Below, piece by piece: positions 63,822-64,000 of a DNA stretch of 64,000 nucleotides (positions are counted from its first letter, which is position 1; every line of letters starts with the position of its first letter). Source of the DNA: Bugula neritina (lineage: Eukaryota; Animalia; Bryozoa); contig OZ037767.1 in NCBI GenBank assembly GCA_964035545.1, positions 22,026,628-22,090,627 of the forward strand. The letters run 5' to 3'. A program made the translations under genes and the position numbers. The notes beneath the pieces are model-generated. The model searched no databases, was not told the DNA's origin, and saw only the letters and a list, made by a program, of their open reading frames with translations.

Positions 63822-64000
63822 GTAGGTTGCACAAACATACTCAATGTTGTACAAATAAGTAGGCTGTGCAGTGTACTCTGTTCATTTACTCCTGGTGTGA
63901 GACATCTAAAACTACAAGATTACTGAGAATAAGTTTTGAGAGTTTGTAAAAGCTACTAGGGCTTTTCTTAAATCTTTGATTTTGAGGTGATGAAAATGCA

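Overview
AT-rich genomic DNA of an intron-rich animal, most likely an invertebrate (species not determinable from sequence). Genes were reconstructed by hand from GT-AG splice sites and intron phases: an MS4A/CD20-like four-TM gene (-), TATDN2 (-), DFFB/CAD (+), ODF3/CIMAP1 (-), two apparently paralogous secreted low-complexity orphan genes (-), and two tandem RING-HC/coiled-coil genes (+, the second runs off the window). Mobile DNA includes a 5'-truncated frameshifted LINE, tRNA-derived SINEs, a Kolobok-type and other TIR elements, and a very young, intact Ty3/Gypsy LTR retrotransposon (40358-47808, -). That element has 305-bp LTRs with 1 mismatch, an ATAT TSD, a tRNA-Leu PBS and a GUUAAAC + GC-stem -1 frameshift signal. 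The main candidate for a new system lies inside it. In the position where env normally sits there is a third ORF encoding a nuclear-looking protein (acidic N-terminus, C2H2 zinc finger(s), PxVxL HP1-type motif, basic NLS, C-terminal coiled coil). Phase-compatible canonical splice sites could join this ORF in frame to either the Gag N-terminus or the integrase C-terminus.
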